Translations under genes and position numbers: made by a program
The notes under the pieces: model-generated
Told to the model about the DNA's origin: nothing
Database searches by the model: none
What the model saw: only the letters and a program-made list of their open reading frames with translations
Part shown: positions 41,761 through 56,585 of the stretch, piece after piece
Position numbering within the stretch: position 1 is the stretch's first letter
Layout of the letters: each line of letters starts with the position of its first letter
Source: Octopus sinensis
Lineage: Eukaryota
Direction of reading: 5' to 3'
DNA length: 64,000 nt
Assembly: GCF_006345805.1 (NCBI RefSeq)
Contig: NW_021834788.1
Span: 7,739-71,738 of the forward strand

Positions 41761-42519
41761 CATATACACACACACACTCACACACACATTTACATGTATA
41801 TGTCTGTCTGTGTATATATATACATACATACGTACATGTGTGTTTTTGTGTGTGTATTAAAGTATAAGTGCGTGTGTATTTGATTGTAATATTTGTATAT
41901 GTTACGTACTTAAAAGTGGATGTGTCGTGCGCATTCACAAACAGCGTATTGTTGGTGGTTTTTATAGAGAAATACAAGAACGTTTAGCACATACATGTTT
42001 GTGGAATAGTAGACAAAATTCGTAAACATCGAACAGTCGAAAACTCCCTTACTAGAGTTAAAGTGGGATGTATATCATCGTAACTCATAAGCTTAAATTC
42101 ACACAAAAACACACGTACACACACACACAAACACACACACGCACGCATGCACGCAAACAAGCACACGTGCACACACTTTCGACAAATGCACAAATACAAA
42201 CATGTATATTTGTATGTGTTTGTATACAAATGTATGAATTGTTATGAATTGCCGTAAAGAATATTACAAATGAGATTAGTTGTACAAAATTAAGCAACAC
42301 CAGTACTTCAATCAACAGGAACGAGTCGCTTTCTAGATGGCCGCTTGACTAACCAGCTAGAAAGGAGCAGCCAAATCTCCCTCAAATTATACCTTGGTGT
42401 CATTAGAAAAAGGTAAACGCTTGAATAATGTGGTCCTGGTCTTCCTACTCGCAGGAAAAAAGACGGAACGATCACGATTGGATGGAATGTCTTTGATCAT
42501 AGGTCAGCTCATTCGGGAA

Positions 42520-42557
<38 letters not shown>

Positions 42558-43329
42558 CTCATATACATACACACAAACTCTCACACACACATATATATGT
42601 ATGTGTCTGTCTTTGTATATATACATACATACGTACATGTGTGTTTGTGTGTGTATTAAAGTATAAGTGCGTATATTTATGCTTAACTGTCCTTACAAAG
42701 TATACTTGAAGAGAAGAGCAAATAAACTACTACTTCACATATAAGTCATCTTGATACAACACGCTTGTGAATCAGTCGGGAAAGACCTGAGGATAAGCAA
42801 AACAACAACAGCCGTAGGCCAAAGAAGTGGACTCGGTGGCGTATTGGCGATGCACAATTCATAAAAAAAAAATGTCATACCTCTCTTTAGTTTCTTCCCT
42901 TTGTCTTAAGGGAAGATCAACGTATATGGGTAATATAACTCTGGGTGTACTATGTCTACAATAAAAATAGATTCATCACAGTTGGATTGCATTGACAATT
43001 GGTCTATTCAAAGAGGGCTAACAAGGGCAAAATATCAACAACAATAACAACAGCAACAACAACTTATAACGTCAGTAGTACGAACATCGTGTAACCGAAT
43101 AGACTCCCCACGTTATTGATTACTCTCACATAGTTGAGTTGGCCTGCTTCTAGAAATAACAGCCAGATCTGCTACATAGAACTATCTAAAGCAATCTTTA
43201 AAAAATCAAACCCCACCATAAGATAATCATCATTAACCCCAATTGATGAGGATTCTGATAGCAGTACCACTAGTAAAATATATCAATAATAAATAGCTAC
43301 TATGACGATGGCTTCGATAATAGTATAAC

Positions 43330-43768
43330 AGTGTTGATGATTATGAGGATGATTATGATGATGATGATGATGGTAATGGTGATGGTGATAATGATTAGAC
43401 TGATATTGATGATCATTTCATTAGAGCCCTTAATGACGCCCAGCAGATCATGGAGATGTAATAATAACATGCAGGGATAATCATAATAGATTAGATTTAC
43501 CATTGGTGGTGGTGGTGGTGGTTGTGGTGGTGGGGTGGTAGTTGTGGAGGTGGTGGTTGTGATGGCGGTGGTGGTGGTGGTAGTTCTGGTGGGGATGGTG
43601 AGGATGATGACGAAGAGAAGGAAGAGAAGGATGACAAAGGTCTTGGTGGTGGCGGATGTGGGAGGGTGATAAGGATGAAGGTGATGATGTTGATGACGAT
43701 GCGGGTGTTGACGTTAGTAGGGGTGCTGCAGCTGATGATGATGATGAGTATGACGACGTCAACGGTGG

Positions 43769-43802
<34 letters not shown>

Positions 43803-44055
43803 GCGGATGTTGTTGTAGTTGCAGTATTGGTGATTGCAAGTAAATGTGAAGGTGGTAGTTTTGGAAAATGATGATGATGACGATGATGGTGATGATGATG
43901 ATGATGATGATGGTGATGATGATGGTGAAGATGATGATGATGATAGTAGTGGTGGTGACAATGATGATGATGATGCTGATGATGATCATGGTGATGATGA
44001 TGGTGATGATGATGGCGAAGATGATGGTGAAGATGATGATGATGTCGATGATTAA
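43330..44055. repeat. (GAT/GGT)n low-complexity tract
   Basis: Directly visible. Confidence 0.9.
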
Positions 44056-45087
44056 GACAAAGTGGAAAGAAATACTATAATGATGAATCAATATCCACAG
44101 CGGATCGATAGTGTAATGCAATCAAGATAGCAAATTAGATATTGCCTGATCGATAGTCATGCAAGTTGAATAAAATATGCAATCTTTTAGTGGAAGTAAT
44201 TAGCCGAATTTGGGTAAATATTGCAGGTTATAGTAATGATACTGTTAACTGACTTTGCTGCAACCAAGCAGTAGTATTGAAGAAATACTGTATTCTCGGA
44301 TAATAGTCCACTAGCTAGGCATTTTGTTTTGATAAAGTAAATGTCTTGCCGAGATCTTACACTTAACACGAGAGAAATAGAAGCAAACTCGCTAATTTCT
44401 CCCGATTAACCTCAATTTAATGATATATATCTTAAACTTTATCCATCTATTAAATATATAGAGACTGTCAAGTAGCACTTTAATAAATTTATGTGGGTGT
44501 AATGTTAGTTTTTTACCATTAGGCGAGTTGACAGCATCGTCAGTACATCGGGGGGTGGAAGAATGCTGGGGTCAGCCTCGCTTTTACTCTTATCCCAGAT
44601 GGATAAAATGAAATTCTTGTCCAGTACTGGTATCAATGGTATTCATTAATCCCTTTTTCTAACAAATTCGTTGGTCGTTTACTTAATTAGTTTTTTCCAC
44701 CAATTAGTTACGAAATATAATGTAGGCTTTTCCAGACGTTCGAACTTGAATATTGCACAGTTTCTGTCAAAGCACAATCGTAAAATGATTAATGAAAGTT
44801 CATGATTTTATTTGTTGTGCGTGCTAGAAGTTTATTTACCAAGACAAGTATATAAATAAAATGGAATACGGTATAACTGGGCCACTGTATAGTAATTAAA
44901 TATTCCTTATTACATTTCATTTATTCTGTTGTCAATCGAAATCGAATTATGTCTTAAACTAGAAAAAAAAAACAATTTCTGCCATATGGGTAGTACAACA
45001 ACACCACAAATAACAACACCACAATCAATACCTTTGGTGGGCGTGTAATTTTATACTGAAATGCTATGATATATTCTTTGTAGCTTG

Positions 45088-45180
<93 letters not shown>

Positions 45181-45385
45181 GACACTCACACATATATATA
45201 TATATATAGACACACAACATGTATATATACAACTACATAATCTCTTTTCCTCAACAGGCCCTTAACTATTTAACATGGTCCCGAAACAGATCGAAGAGGA
45301 AAAGTATTCCTTAACCTTTAAACGGTATCTGGACAAACACATACATACATACAAACATTCATACATACATACATAATTCATATAT

Positions 45386-45421
<36 letters not shown>

Positions 45422-46029
45422 GACAGGCTTCTTTCAGTTTCCGTCTACCAAATCCACTCACAAGACAAGTGAACCATACTAGGCTCCTTGGCAGGTGATG
45501 AGTTAATCAACGCTACACCCATAGATGACAAAGAAACAATCATAGAAACAGAGGGGAAATACGCGAAGAAGTAGAAGTAGGAATTGGAGGAGGAGAAATA
45601 GGAGGAAGAGGAGGAGCAGAAAAAAGGAGATGGAGAGGAAGTAACAGTAGGAGGAGGAGGAGGTGACGTAGGAAATAAGAGAGCAGTTATGGTTATGGAA
45701 GGAGTCATATATATATATGAGAAATTTATTTTATTTCATTTTATATGAAGGTCGTCACTATTACACTTTTGACAATTAGTGTTTACTTAATCATTTCATC
45801 TGAATAAAAATTTGATAAAATTCGCATTATAATTATTGTATGTATGCCATGTTTCCTGATATCATCCATGTTGTCAAATGTACACTTACGCAGTTACTTC
45901 TTATATAAAATAATGTGTAAGACACCGGTTACATACAATGATACAATACGTTATGCATACCAACATATATGTATATGTAGACGCACACACATATATATGC
46001 ATTTACATAAATACATATCTGTATATATC

Positions 46030-46061
<32 letters not shown>

Positions 46062-46074
46062 TGTATGTAGTATG

Positions 46075-46126
<52 letters not shown>

Positions 46127-46386
46127 TGATTGTCGTTATGTAGAGTTCTAATCACAGTTTTACATTAATCTGATGCGTTACTGTACCCCTCTTCCGACAT
46201 CAGCACTCTCGTAACATTAACTGGAAAACAGTAAAAAATGCAGCAATATTCCACACACACACACGCACGTATGCATGCATGTATAAAGCAAATTTATATT
46301 AAATTGAAGAATTACTGATTATAATATTGTAGATTACTTAGAATCAAGCTACTGTCACCTCTCGCCTATTAAACACACACACACAC

Positions 46387-46480
<94 letters not shown>

Positions 46481-46667
46481 CAATATAACTATTTAGCGGT
46501 TTGAGTTTTGCTGCTCTTTCTAGTGAGTCGAATGTCCTATATGGCCATTCCTTATATTGTTGAATGTATATTATATAGTCTTTGACTATAATTCTTTCTC
46601 ACTAGACCGCTGGTAGCGGAGAATTTTTTCTAGAATTTTTTGCTACCCTTATATTTATTAATATATA

Positions 46668-47030
46668 GGCGCAGGAGTGGCTGTGTGGTAAGTAGCTTGC
46701 TAACCAACCACACGGTTGCGGGTTCAGTCCCACTGTGTGGCATCTTGGGCAAGTGTCTTCTGCTATAGCCCCGGGCCGACCAATGCCTTGTGAGTGGATT
46801 TGGTAGACGGAAACTGAAAGAAGCCTGTCGTATATATGTATATATATATGTATGCGTGTGTTTGTGTGTCTGTGTTTGTCCCCCTAGCATTGCTTGACAA
46901 CCGATGCTGGTGTGTTTGCGTCCCCGTCACTTAGCGGTTCGGCAAAAAGAGACCGATAGAATAAGTACTAAAAGGTGGTGCTCCAGCATGGCCGCAGTCA
47001 AATGACTGAAACAAGTAAAAGAGAGAGTAA
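46668..47030 (+). mobile_element. tRNA-derived SINE, family A
   Basis: Full head and body, with an internal deletion in the 3' part relative to 50803. Confidence 0.88.
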
Positions 47031-47280
47031 AATAGTATATATATATATATACGCGCTCCCAGACACACACACACACAAGACAAAATGTTTAATACATTGA
47101 TGCGGTGTAAATGCATATATATATATATATATGAAAAGCAAAAATAATGATTCTCAGACAGCTAGTTTCGTTTCTTTCACCAGAGTTTCTTTTGTATTAT
47201 TTTCAAAAGAGACACTCCGAGAACAACTTTTGTAGAAGGAAGCAAATGAGAGGGACCTTTTAGGATGAGTACTTTATGTA

Positions 47281-47326
<46 letters not shown>

Positions 47327-47327
<1 letters not shown>

Positions 47328-47716
47328 TAGCAGTATCGCCCGGTGTTGCTCGGGTTTGTTTCGACCCTTTAGAATTGGAACTTTTGAAAAGTAAAAATTT
47401 TGCATTATGTAGCTTGTTATTCTCTTTGAGTGAACATTTTTCTGGTTGATATACACCGAAAAATGGCGACACAGCAGTCAAAAAATCGTAAAAATAGGCA
47501 TTTTCATAGAAAAAAAACACCTTTTTGATGTATATAATTTTTGGTGTTAACATGGTCCGATTTGAATTTTATCTTCTACGGAATGAAGAAGCAAGCCTTC
47601 TTCTATCATACTCTCAATTTTGGTCAACTTGCGCCGCAGGGTCTCGCAGGAGATAGTGTTAGTTAAAGGCAACCAAACCTGCCACACACAGACAACTTCA
47701 GCTTTATATATATAGA
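47327..47716 (-). mobile_element. non-autonomous Helitron
   Basis: Minus strand reads A|TCTATATATATAAAGCTGAAG...CCCGAGCAACACCGGGCGATACTGCTAG|T; same family as 54927-55321. Confidence 0.85.
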
Positions 47717-48574
47717 TTTGTGTGTGTATGCGTGTGTCCATGTTTGTTTGTCTAGTATGGTACATATTGGAATGTTACTATGTGTAATTGTGTATGTTGT
47801 TGGTCATTAAAATAAGAGACAAGAATAAACCGTTTTAATGGGCTCTAAGTTAGGCTCACACATAAACAATAAACACCCCCCTCCACACGCAAACACACAC
47901 AATTAATGCACGCATATACATACGCACACCCATAAACGCATGCGGATAATTTGTATTGTGTAGATCTTCTTTCTGCATCAATGTAGCTTAAGAGGCGTCG
48001 GTACCATAGCGAATATTTCGTGTAATAAGTTTTAGTTCTTCTGGTAATATAAGTAAGGCTATTGTAAGATAAACCAAGAACCTTTAGTAAGAAGTAACTC
48101 GAGAATCTTAGGATGAATGTTTATCTATGTTGTTTGTTTAGTTTATACTGTATTCTCGCTTTGTGTTACATACTGCTTAAGGCCTCATCTGGCTTTACTT
48201 ACGCGTGTTTTCTGCTGCTGGAAAGCGGAGAATTTTTGTGAAAGCCATCTGCTTCGCAAAGGACCTCACACCAGTATTTGATAAAAATCTATTTAGAATT
48301 ATTCTCTTCCCGGAAAGAAGGATGGTACACTTATCTGTTGAAATATTGAGAATAATAAAAAAATGTAATACATTTGTTTGGATTGAAAGAAAAAATAAAA
48401 GAAAAAATGATAAAACAAAAGGAAAATACTTACAGATGTGAATCAAAATGATATTGTTTTCTTCACAAAATTAACTCATATGGCATAGATATGATATCTA
48501 GAAATGTCATACGGCATTGAATTAATGTTATGAATGGGGTTGATACGTTTTTAGGGGGCTCTACCACTGAAAAA

Positions 48575-49024
48575 CCTAAACCTTGTGCATAATACGCACC
48601 CCTTCTCTAACTTGAGTCGTGCGTAATTAAGCCAGCAGCACCTTGTCGAACAAACACTTCCGTGCATGCGTAATACAATAATGATGATGTTCTTAACTGT
48701 TATATGGGAATGTAAATATGTTTGCAAATTGTTTTTATTACATGTTATTCTGTGTTCTGAGTACTTTTATTTTAATAAATGCTGCTCACTGCAAGTTATG
48801 GATGATTCTTTTATGACTTCATTGCTTTTAGGCTTAGATTAAGGTATTTTCGCGCCCGACATCACAAAATGCGTCTGAATAAACATTGCCGGACAGCAAA
48901 TAGAGACTCGGACATTGCTTAGAAAATATTTTTCATTTTTAACCTTGTGTATAGTACGCACTAGGGATTTTGACCTTTAAATTTTGGGGGGAAGAGTGCG
49001 GATTATACACGAAGATTTACGGTA
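48575..49024. mobile_element. pogo/Tigger-like DNA transposon end fragment
   Basis: Ends TGCGGATTATACACGAAGATTTACGG|TA; subterminal repeat AACCTTGTG(C/T)ATA(A/G)TACGCAC at ~48579 and ~48941. Confidence 0.45.
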
Positions 49025-49747
49025 ATAAAAGTATTTGAAATGTATATTGACATGAATTCTGAAAGAATGAGAAAGATTTTAGGAAATGCTAAACAGAATG
49101 AGAAATCATAAAACAATAGTTAATGTGAACTTAGATTAATTACATTGTGTATTTCGTAAATAGCAGCTATGGTGAACACGTTTAAACCTGTTGTTTTTAA
49201 ATTATAATTCTTATATAATATTTAATAACCATGTTAATGGAGTACCACCTAAAAGTATAAATGTAACATAGTTGTTAACGAAATGTTTATAGAGAAGCCT
49301 TTTGTAGCATGCCATTTGAACTAATTGTTTTATCCAAATTCATTGTATATCATTGACACGCATGCCCATCTTTATAGGCTTATTCTTTGTTGGTGATGCC
49401 ATCATAATATCGAAACAGGTATATATTCTTCTTTAGTGGTTACTGATATATTAATAACGATTTCTGATTTAGCAATTTTTAAGGAAGAGGAATTAATCTC
49501 TTGTACGGTCCCAGTACAGGATCGATCCCAAAACAATGATAAGCAAAGTTGGCTTTTTGTAAAATAGAGCGTAAAAAGTCAGTACAAATATTGCTAGGCA
49601 TTTTTAAGGCGCTCTAGCCAATCTGTCAGTTCGCTGAAGTAATATATTTTTGTACTATACGCACAAGGCCCGAAATTTTGGGGCAGGGGACTAATCAATT
49701 ACACGGTTTAATATTCTATACTAATAGTATATAATATACTAATATAC

Positions 49748-50165
49748 AAGGCGTTGAGCTGGCAGAATCGTTTGCATGCCGGGCGAAATACTTAGCGGTA
49801 TTTCGTCTGCCGCTACGTTCTGAGTTCAAATTCCGCCGAGGTCGACTTTGTCTTTCATCCTTTCGGGGTCGGTAAATTAAGTACCAGTTACGCACTGGTG
49901 TCGATCTAATCGACTTAATTCGTGTGTCTGTCTTTGTTTGTCCCCTCTGACTTTAGCCCCTTGTGGGTAATAAAGAAATAGGTATTTCGTCTGCCGCTAC
50001 GTTCTGAGTTCAAATTCTGCCGAGGTCGACATTGACTTTCATCTTTTGGGGTCGATTAAATAAGTACCAGTTACGCACTGGGGTTCGATATGATCGACTT
50101 AATCTGTTTGTCTGTCCTTGTTTGTCCCCTCTATATTTAGCCCCTTGTGGGCAATAAAGAAATAA
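49748..50165 (+). mobile_element. tRNA-derived SINE, family C (body duplicated)
   Basis: Box A AGCTGGCAGAATCG and box B GAGTTCAAATTC; the body repeats from 49981; ATATACTAATA occurs on both flanks. Confidence 0.85.
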
Positions 50166-50802
50166 ATATTATATACTAATAGTTGAACGTCTAGGAAAAC
50201 GTGTTTCACAATTTTGTTATGCACAAATAAGGTTAAAAAAAAACAAAGAAACAATAATTTTCTGTGCGCATTTTTTCTAATTTTAAACAAGTTTAATTTT
50301 TATCTTTCCGTGCAAGATGCTAGAATAATTTTCATTTGATCTAGCGTCCGCCACGAAGACAAAACAAAGCAAAGAAGTGCTGCTTTAGACTGCCAACGAT
50401 TTAAGCTATGTAACACACGAGTAATGCTGACAATTTCAAGCGTGTAACAGATATGAAATTTAATTGCAGTAGGGATTATGTCCTTATCAGAAGGTTACGT
50501 GTAACCGTTTCTGTTCATTTTTTTTCCAAAATCGATTGCGTTTTTCTTTTACACAAGTAAACACCAAATGGATTTATAAAGAGACAGTTTTAACATTTTA
50601 AATAATTCTGCGATTTTGAACGCAAAGGGCTCTTTAACTTCAAAAATGTAAACGCACTAACTAACGAGACAGCCTCTTCAATGTCATTCGACGTGGTAGA
50701 AATATCAAGCAAAAACATTTCCCATTCAACTCTATCATCTTACAGAATTATGGATGCATAAAAACAAAATAGTATTCAAGAATAACAATGTAAACAACTT
50801 TA

Positions 50803-50973
50803 GGTGCAGGAGTGGCTGTGTGGTAAGTAGCTTGCCTACCAACCACATGGTTCCGGGTTCAGTCCCACTGCGTGGCACCTTGGGCAAGTGTCTTCTACTA
50901 TAGCCTCGGGCCGACCAAAGCCTTGTGAGTGAATTTGGTAGACGGAAACTGAAAGAAACCTGTCGTATATATG

Positions 50974-51004
<31 letters not shown>

Positions 51005-51210
51005 TTGTGTGTTTGTCCCCCTAGCATTGCTTGACAACCGATGCTGGTGTATTTATGTCCCCGTTACTTAGCGGTTCGGCAAAAGAGACCGATAGAATAA
51101 GTACTGGGCTTACAAAGAATAAGTCCCGGGGTCGAGTTGCTCGATTAAAGGCGGTGCTCCAGCATGGCCGCAGTCAAATGACTGAAACAAGTAACAGAGT
51201 AAAGAGTAAA
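50803..51210 (+). mobile_element. tRNA-derived SINE, family A (full length)
   Basis: Complete head, body and (AAAGAGT) tail. Confidence 0.9.
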
Positions 51211-51366
51211 GTGTCAGGAATGACGAGCTTCAGTAATTCATTATCTTTTCTCTTTTATGGTTTAATCGTTTCTGTTGTGGGACTGGGGCAGTGCCGGGGA
51301 ACTTTGTTGAACATTATTTTCATTATTTACATTTGACGGATATTTGTCCTCATCTTGTTTGTTGGT

Positions 51367-51420
51367 AACACAACGTTTCGGCTGATATACCCACCACCCC
51401 ATCAGCTTTCATCGGGTGTC
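51367..51420 (-). ncRNA. degenerate minimal hammerhead (U4 to C)
   Basis: Reverse complement GACAC-CCGATGA-AAGCTG...CAGCC-GAAA-CG-TT-GTGTT. Confidence 0.5.
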
Positions 51421-51446
51421 TTGGGGAAATTTCGAAGAAGAAGAAG

Positions 51447-51543
51447 AATGAATTTGACAGGATCAATAAATATAAAGACTTGCTAATAGAAATTGAAAAA
51501 AATGTGGCATCTCAAGGCGACTACACCACTTGTGATTGTAGGA
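51447..51543 (+). pseudogene. R4-like RLE fragment
   Basis: EFDRINKYKDLLIEIEK/MWHLKATTPLVIVG. Confidence 0.6.
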
Positions 51544-51727
51544 CAGTATTTTCTGTCAATTGGCCCGAGAATATAGTAAAACACATGTGTCCAGTGTGCT
51601 ACACAGTGGGACTGAAACCGAAACCATGTAGTTGAGAAGCAATCTTCTTAGTACACAGCTATGCTTGTTTAATAAAGAAATTTCTTTCTGAGTTTTATAA
51701 AAGCATACATTTTAGCTATAAATATAT

Positions 51728-52043
51728 AACGATAAACGTCGCCCTTTTCAAGCCTAGCCAGGCTCATGGGCCCTGTTTCCCGGTTTCTGTGGCGTATGTG
51801 TTCCCCTTAGCTGGACGGAACGCCAGTCCATCGCAGCGTTAATCAAGAAACAGGAAGAGAGAGAGTGAGAGAAAGATGTGGTGAAAGAGAACAACAGGGG
51901 TCACCCCTCCCCCCTGCCGGAGTTCGTGGAGCATTTAGGTGTTTTCGCTCAATAAACACACACAATGCCCGGTCTGGGAATCGAAACCGCGATATTCCGA
52001 CAACGAGTCCGCTGCCCTAACCAGTGGGCCATTGCGCTTCCAC
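51728..52043 (-). mobile_element. tRNA-derived SINE, family B variant with a different 3' module
   Basis: Same head as 11415 and 52473; 3' part CTGCGATGGACTGGCGTTCCGTCCAG...; 14-bp TSD AGCTATAAATATAT at 51714-51727 and 52044-52057. Confidence 0.88.
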
Positions 52044-52472
52044 AGCTATAAATATATTAGGAATATATCTTCTTTTCACTTTTCTAAATCTCAGGTCAAT
52101 TCCCTCTAATATTTATTTACACAAGCTTACTACAACTGCGCTGTTAACAGTTTGGTCTCTTTTGATATCCAGAACATCTACTAAGCGTCGTAAGTAGTTG
52201 CAGCTGTACAGTTGCTGCAACGATAAGTAATTAGTATGCGAATGTGGTATTAAAATGAATCCTTGTGGTCAACAAATTAGTTGGAAGTGTAAGCTATGTT
52301 TACTGTAAGTAACAATGTATATGTACTGTTACTTTAAATTATAATCCTTAATTCACTTAAATTTTTTACTCTGTTGTTATTTGGCTTCAATTTATCTTCA
52401 GTTTTCCCCACCAAAATTTGCTCGTTCTATTATGTTAAGTAATTGTGTAGCCTTTCTTTTACTAGTTTCAGT

Positions 52473-52850
52473 GTGGAGGCGCAATGGCCCAGTGGTTAGG
52501 GCAGCGGACTCGCGGTCATAGGATCGCGGTTTCGATTCCCAGACCGGGCGTTGTGAGTGTTTATTGAGCGAAAACACCTAAAAGCTCCACGAGGCTCTGG
52601 CAGGGGATGGTGGTGATCCCTGCTGTACTCTTTCACCACAATTTTCTCTCACTCTTACTTTCTGTTTCTGTTGTACCTGTATTTCAAAGGGCCGGCCGTG
52701 TCACGCTGAATATCCCCGAGAACTACGTTAAGGGTGCACGTGTCTGTGGAGTGCTCAGCCACTTACACGTTAATTTCACGAGCAGGCTGTTCCGTTGATT
52801 CGAATCAACCGGAACCCTCATCGTCGTAACCGACGGAGTGCAAAGGAAGA
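52473..52850 (+). mobile_element. tRNA-derived SINE, family B, inserted into the tail of a family A SINE
   Basis: 12-bp TSD ACTAGTTTCAGT at 52461-52472 and 52851-52862. Confidence 0.9.
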
Positions 52851-53190
52851 ACTAGTTTCAGTCATTTGACTGCGGCTATGCTGGTGCACCGCCTTTAGTC
52901 GAGCAAATCGACCTCAGAGCTTATTCTTTGTAAGCCTAGTACTTATTGTATCGGTCTTTTTCGCCGAAGCGCTAATGTTGCGGGGAACACAGACACACAA
53001 ACATATGCACACACACACATATTATATATATATGACGGTCTTCTTCCAGTTTCCGTCTACGAAATCTACTCACAAGGCTTTGGTCGGCCCGAGGCTATAG
53101 TAGAAGACACTTGCCCAAGGTGCCACGCAGTGGGACTGAACCCATGACCATGTGGTTGGTTAACAAGCTACTTACCACACAGCCACTCCT
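52851..53190 (-). mobile_element. tRNA-derived SINE, family A
   Basis: Reverse complement of family A. Confidence 0.88.
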
Positions 53191-54373
53191 TCAAAAATAT
53201 AGAAATACATGAACATATATAACTAAACACACACACACGTAAAAGAACGTATGCTTATGAATATATATATGAATTGGTATATGTATAATGTATCTATATA
53301 TGTGTATGTGTACATATATGCAGGCATGTTTATCTCTCTATCTATCTATCAATCTGTCTGTTTGTCTGCCTGCCTGTCTGTCTCTCTGTCTGTCTGTCTG
53401 CTGTCTGTCAATCTTTCTTTCTTTCTGTCTGTCTGTCTGTTTATCTATACATATGTGTGTGTGTGTGTGTGTGTATGTGTGTATGTGTGTGTGTATGCGT
53501 TTGTATGTATATATATGGAACAAAATAAAGAAAACGAAATCATGGTAAAAAGAAATACCAAACGGTATGAATTTGGTTGCGGCTCAAGAAAATTGAATGC
53601 ATGCATGTCTGTCTGTCGGCTGGTCTGTCTGTCTGTCTGTCTGTATGTATGTATGTATGTATGTATGAGCACAGAGATATTCGGTTCTCCAAACAGGAGT
53701 AAGATAACTCAGTATGAAAAGTAGATTACGTAAAATGCTTATTTTTAGCTAATAATATTGAAGGCCTAGAGATTTGCACCAAAGATCTCAAACTGGTATT
53801 CTTTAAAAAAAAAAGCGCTTTTTTTCTTTACCCTTAGGTTCAGATGTCCTCAGACACAAAATTTGAGGTTGTTTTGTAAGTTTAAAGTGTTTTTTAGTAA
53901 TAAAAGATAATACATAAACATGCATATATATATACCGTAAAGTATATATACCTTCATTACTCTAACTATTGTATATGTATGATCAGCCTAAAGTTGATCA
54001 TGTTACACATATTTACACATATAGAAAATTCTTCGAATGCAATAATAATAACCCAATGCATAACTAGCTGCACAGATAGAGAATTATATGCCCCGATACA
54101 TACATAGATTCATTTGCTAGTTAGTATTCAGTTAGATATAATCTTCACACAAATATTAATGTTTATGTAAAGATCTAAAGGCACAGACAAACGCATTCGG
54201 AAACACATGTATTATCAAAAGACATTAATGGCAAAAATAATCATACTCACAGATATAGGTGTATTTAAACAAATGTACAGTTAAAAATATCTAGATAAAC
54301 ACAATTTAGCACAGCAATATACGTTATGCCAGTGAAATAACATAAATCTGCAACATAAAGCACGAATTTATTG

Positions 54374-54454
<81 letters not shown>

Positions 54455-54926
54455 CTGGAATATAAGCTGATGAAACAAGCAATTAAATTAACACACAGGT
54501 TTATTTCTTTTTAAAGGTACTATTCTGAAACTATCGCATTTAAAACATTTAACGTCAGCATATACATGTAAATAAATGAGAATTCGTCTTTATGGATGAT
54601 TAGAATTTGTAAACTTTCAGCAAATCGCATACCTAATTATGACAATGTGAAAAGCTACTGAGCCTAACAAACATAGGTACGTTCATATTACGAAATCTAC
54701 TGCAGTTGCTTACTGAAAAATTTGTCACTTACTGTTATGGATTATCTAAAGGCTCCACTTCCGTTAAATAGAAGGAAAATTATTCTTTCTTCTAATCTTA
54801 ATCACATGGTTACATGCTCTGGATAAATGAAGGCTAATTTAATAATGGAAGTAGATGAAAATTAGTGTGAAATCTTCCTAAATGCTATAATGTAGCAATA
54901 CAGGATTGATCAGGAACAGCGCATAA

Positions 54927-55321
54927 TATATATATAAAGCTGAAGTTGTCTGTGTATGGCAGGTTTGGTTGCCTTCAACTAACACTATCTCCTCCGAGAC
55001 CCTGTGGCGCAAGTTGACCAAAATTTACAGTATGATAGAAGAAGGCATGCTTCTTCATTCCGTAGAAGAAAAATTTCAAATTGGACCATGTTAAGACTAA
55101 AAGTTATTTACATCAAAAAGGTGTTTTTTTTCTATGAAAATCCCTATTTTTTTACGATTTTTTACTGCTGTGTCGCCATTTTTCGGTGTATTTCAACCAG
55201 AAAAATGTTCACTTAAAGAGAATAACAAGCTACACAATGCAAAATTTTTACTTTTCAAAAATTCCAATTCTAAAGGGTCGGAAAGAAAACAAACCCGAGC
55301 AACGCCGGGCTATACTGCTAG
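54927..55321 (+). mobile_element. non-autonomous Helitron
   Basis: Hairpin CCCGAGCAACGCCGGG about 11 nt before CTAG|T; homologous to 47327-47716. Confidence 0.85.
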
Positions 55322-55515
55322 TATCTCTATATTATTCTCCTGTCAATATGTTGTTCTCTAAATATTTTAATTAATATTCAAAATCCTTCACGGCCTGGCA
55401 GAATAATATATTGTAACAAATGTACAAGTGTCCATTCCTTACGTTGCTCTTTCGAATTTATTTCAGTTAGCATATATACGATCACGCATTATCCGAGCGG
55501 TGTGAATAGTGCCAA

Positions 55516-55750
55516 GGCGGCGAGCTGGCAGAAACGTTAGCGCACTGGGCGAAATGCTTAACGGTATTTCGTCTGTCGCCACGTTCTGAGTTCAAATTCC
55601 GCCGAGGTCGACTTTGCCTTTCATCCTTTCGGGGTCGATTAAACAAGTACTAGTTTCGCACTGGGGTCGATATAATCGACTTAATCCGTTTGTCTATCCT
55701 TGTTTGTTCCCTCTGTGTTTAGCCCCTTGTAGGTAGTAAAGAAATAGGTA
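55516..55750 (+). mobile_element. tRNA-derived SINE, family C
   Basis: A/B boxes present; near-perfect TSD TGAATA(G/A)TGCCAA at 55503-55515 and 55751-55763. Confidence 0.88.
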
Positions 55751-56363
55751 TGAATAATGCCAAAAAATGTGCAAGTATTCATTCGATATACGCTTACAAA
55801 GGGTTTTTGCATATCCTACTCATGACATTTTAAGGTACTTCGCTGGATTCTCAAGTGTTTTATGTTTGATGCATGCGGTAAGCGCAATCGGATTACTTGT
55901 AGCATCCAATCTTTGAATGTCTAGCAATGTCGGTAATGAATCTGGAAAGTCTACTGTTGCGAACAAATTACAATGAGGCCATTTGAAATTATGAAAAATA
56001 TTTCGTTGAAAATGATGAAACTGAAACATAGTGGTGTTTTCAATACATTTCCAACGATTTGCGAGGATAAGAAGTCGAACTAATGCAACGTTAGATTCTA
56101 CTATATTAAATGGGGAAATAGGAAATCATTTTCAATAAACGGGTTATTTTATGTGAAAAGCAATAAATAGAGGAATAAGAAACTGAAAGGCAGAGAGAAA
56201 GAGATATATAGATCGAAAGAGAGGTGGAGCAAAGAAAGTGCGTGTGTGTGTGAGTGTGTAGTTAATGTTGTCGTCTGGACGAAAGACACAAAAAAACGAA
56301 CACTTCGGTGAGTCGACGAAGTGAATAAACAGTTTTAAACACACGCACACGCACACACACGCG

Positions 56364-56398
<35 letters not shown>

Positions 56399-56436
56399 CA
56401 CACACACACACACTTCAGCATATGTACGACACATGC

Positions 56437-56492
<56 letters not shown>

Positions 56493-56585
56493 TTAGAGAC
56501 AAAACCACTATTATGCAAATCAAACAAAGAAAGACTTAATCCAATACATAAAAAATTTTATATAAATTAAATATAATTAAGATAT

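Noticed and set aside
43481-44121. Acidic, poly-Met and poly-Ser ORFs
   Set aside because: (GAT/GGT)n low-complexity repeat.
48205-48441. 78-aa ORF
   Set aside because: No recognisable motif, A-rich biased end and no splice support.
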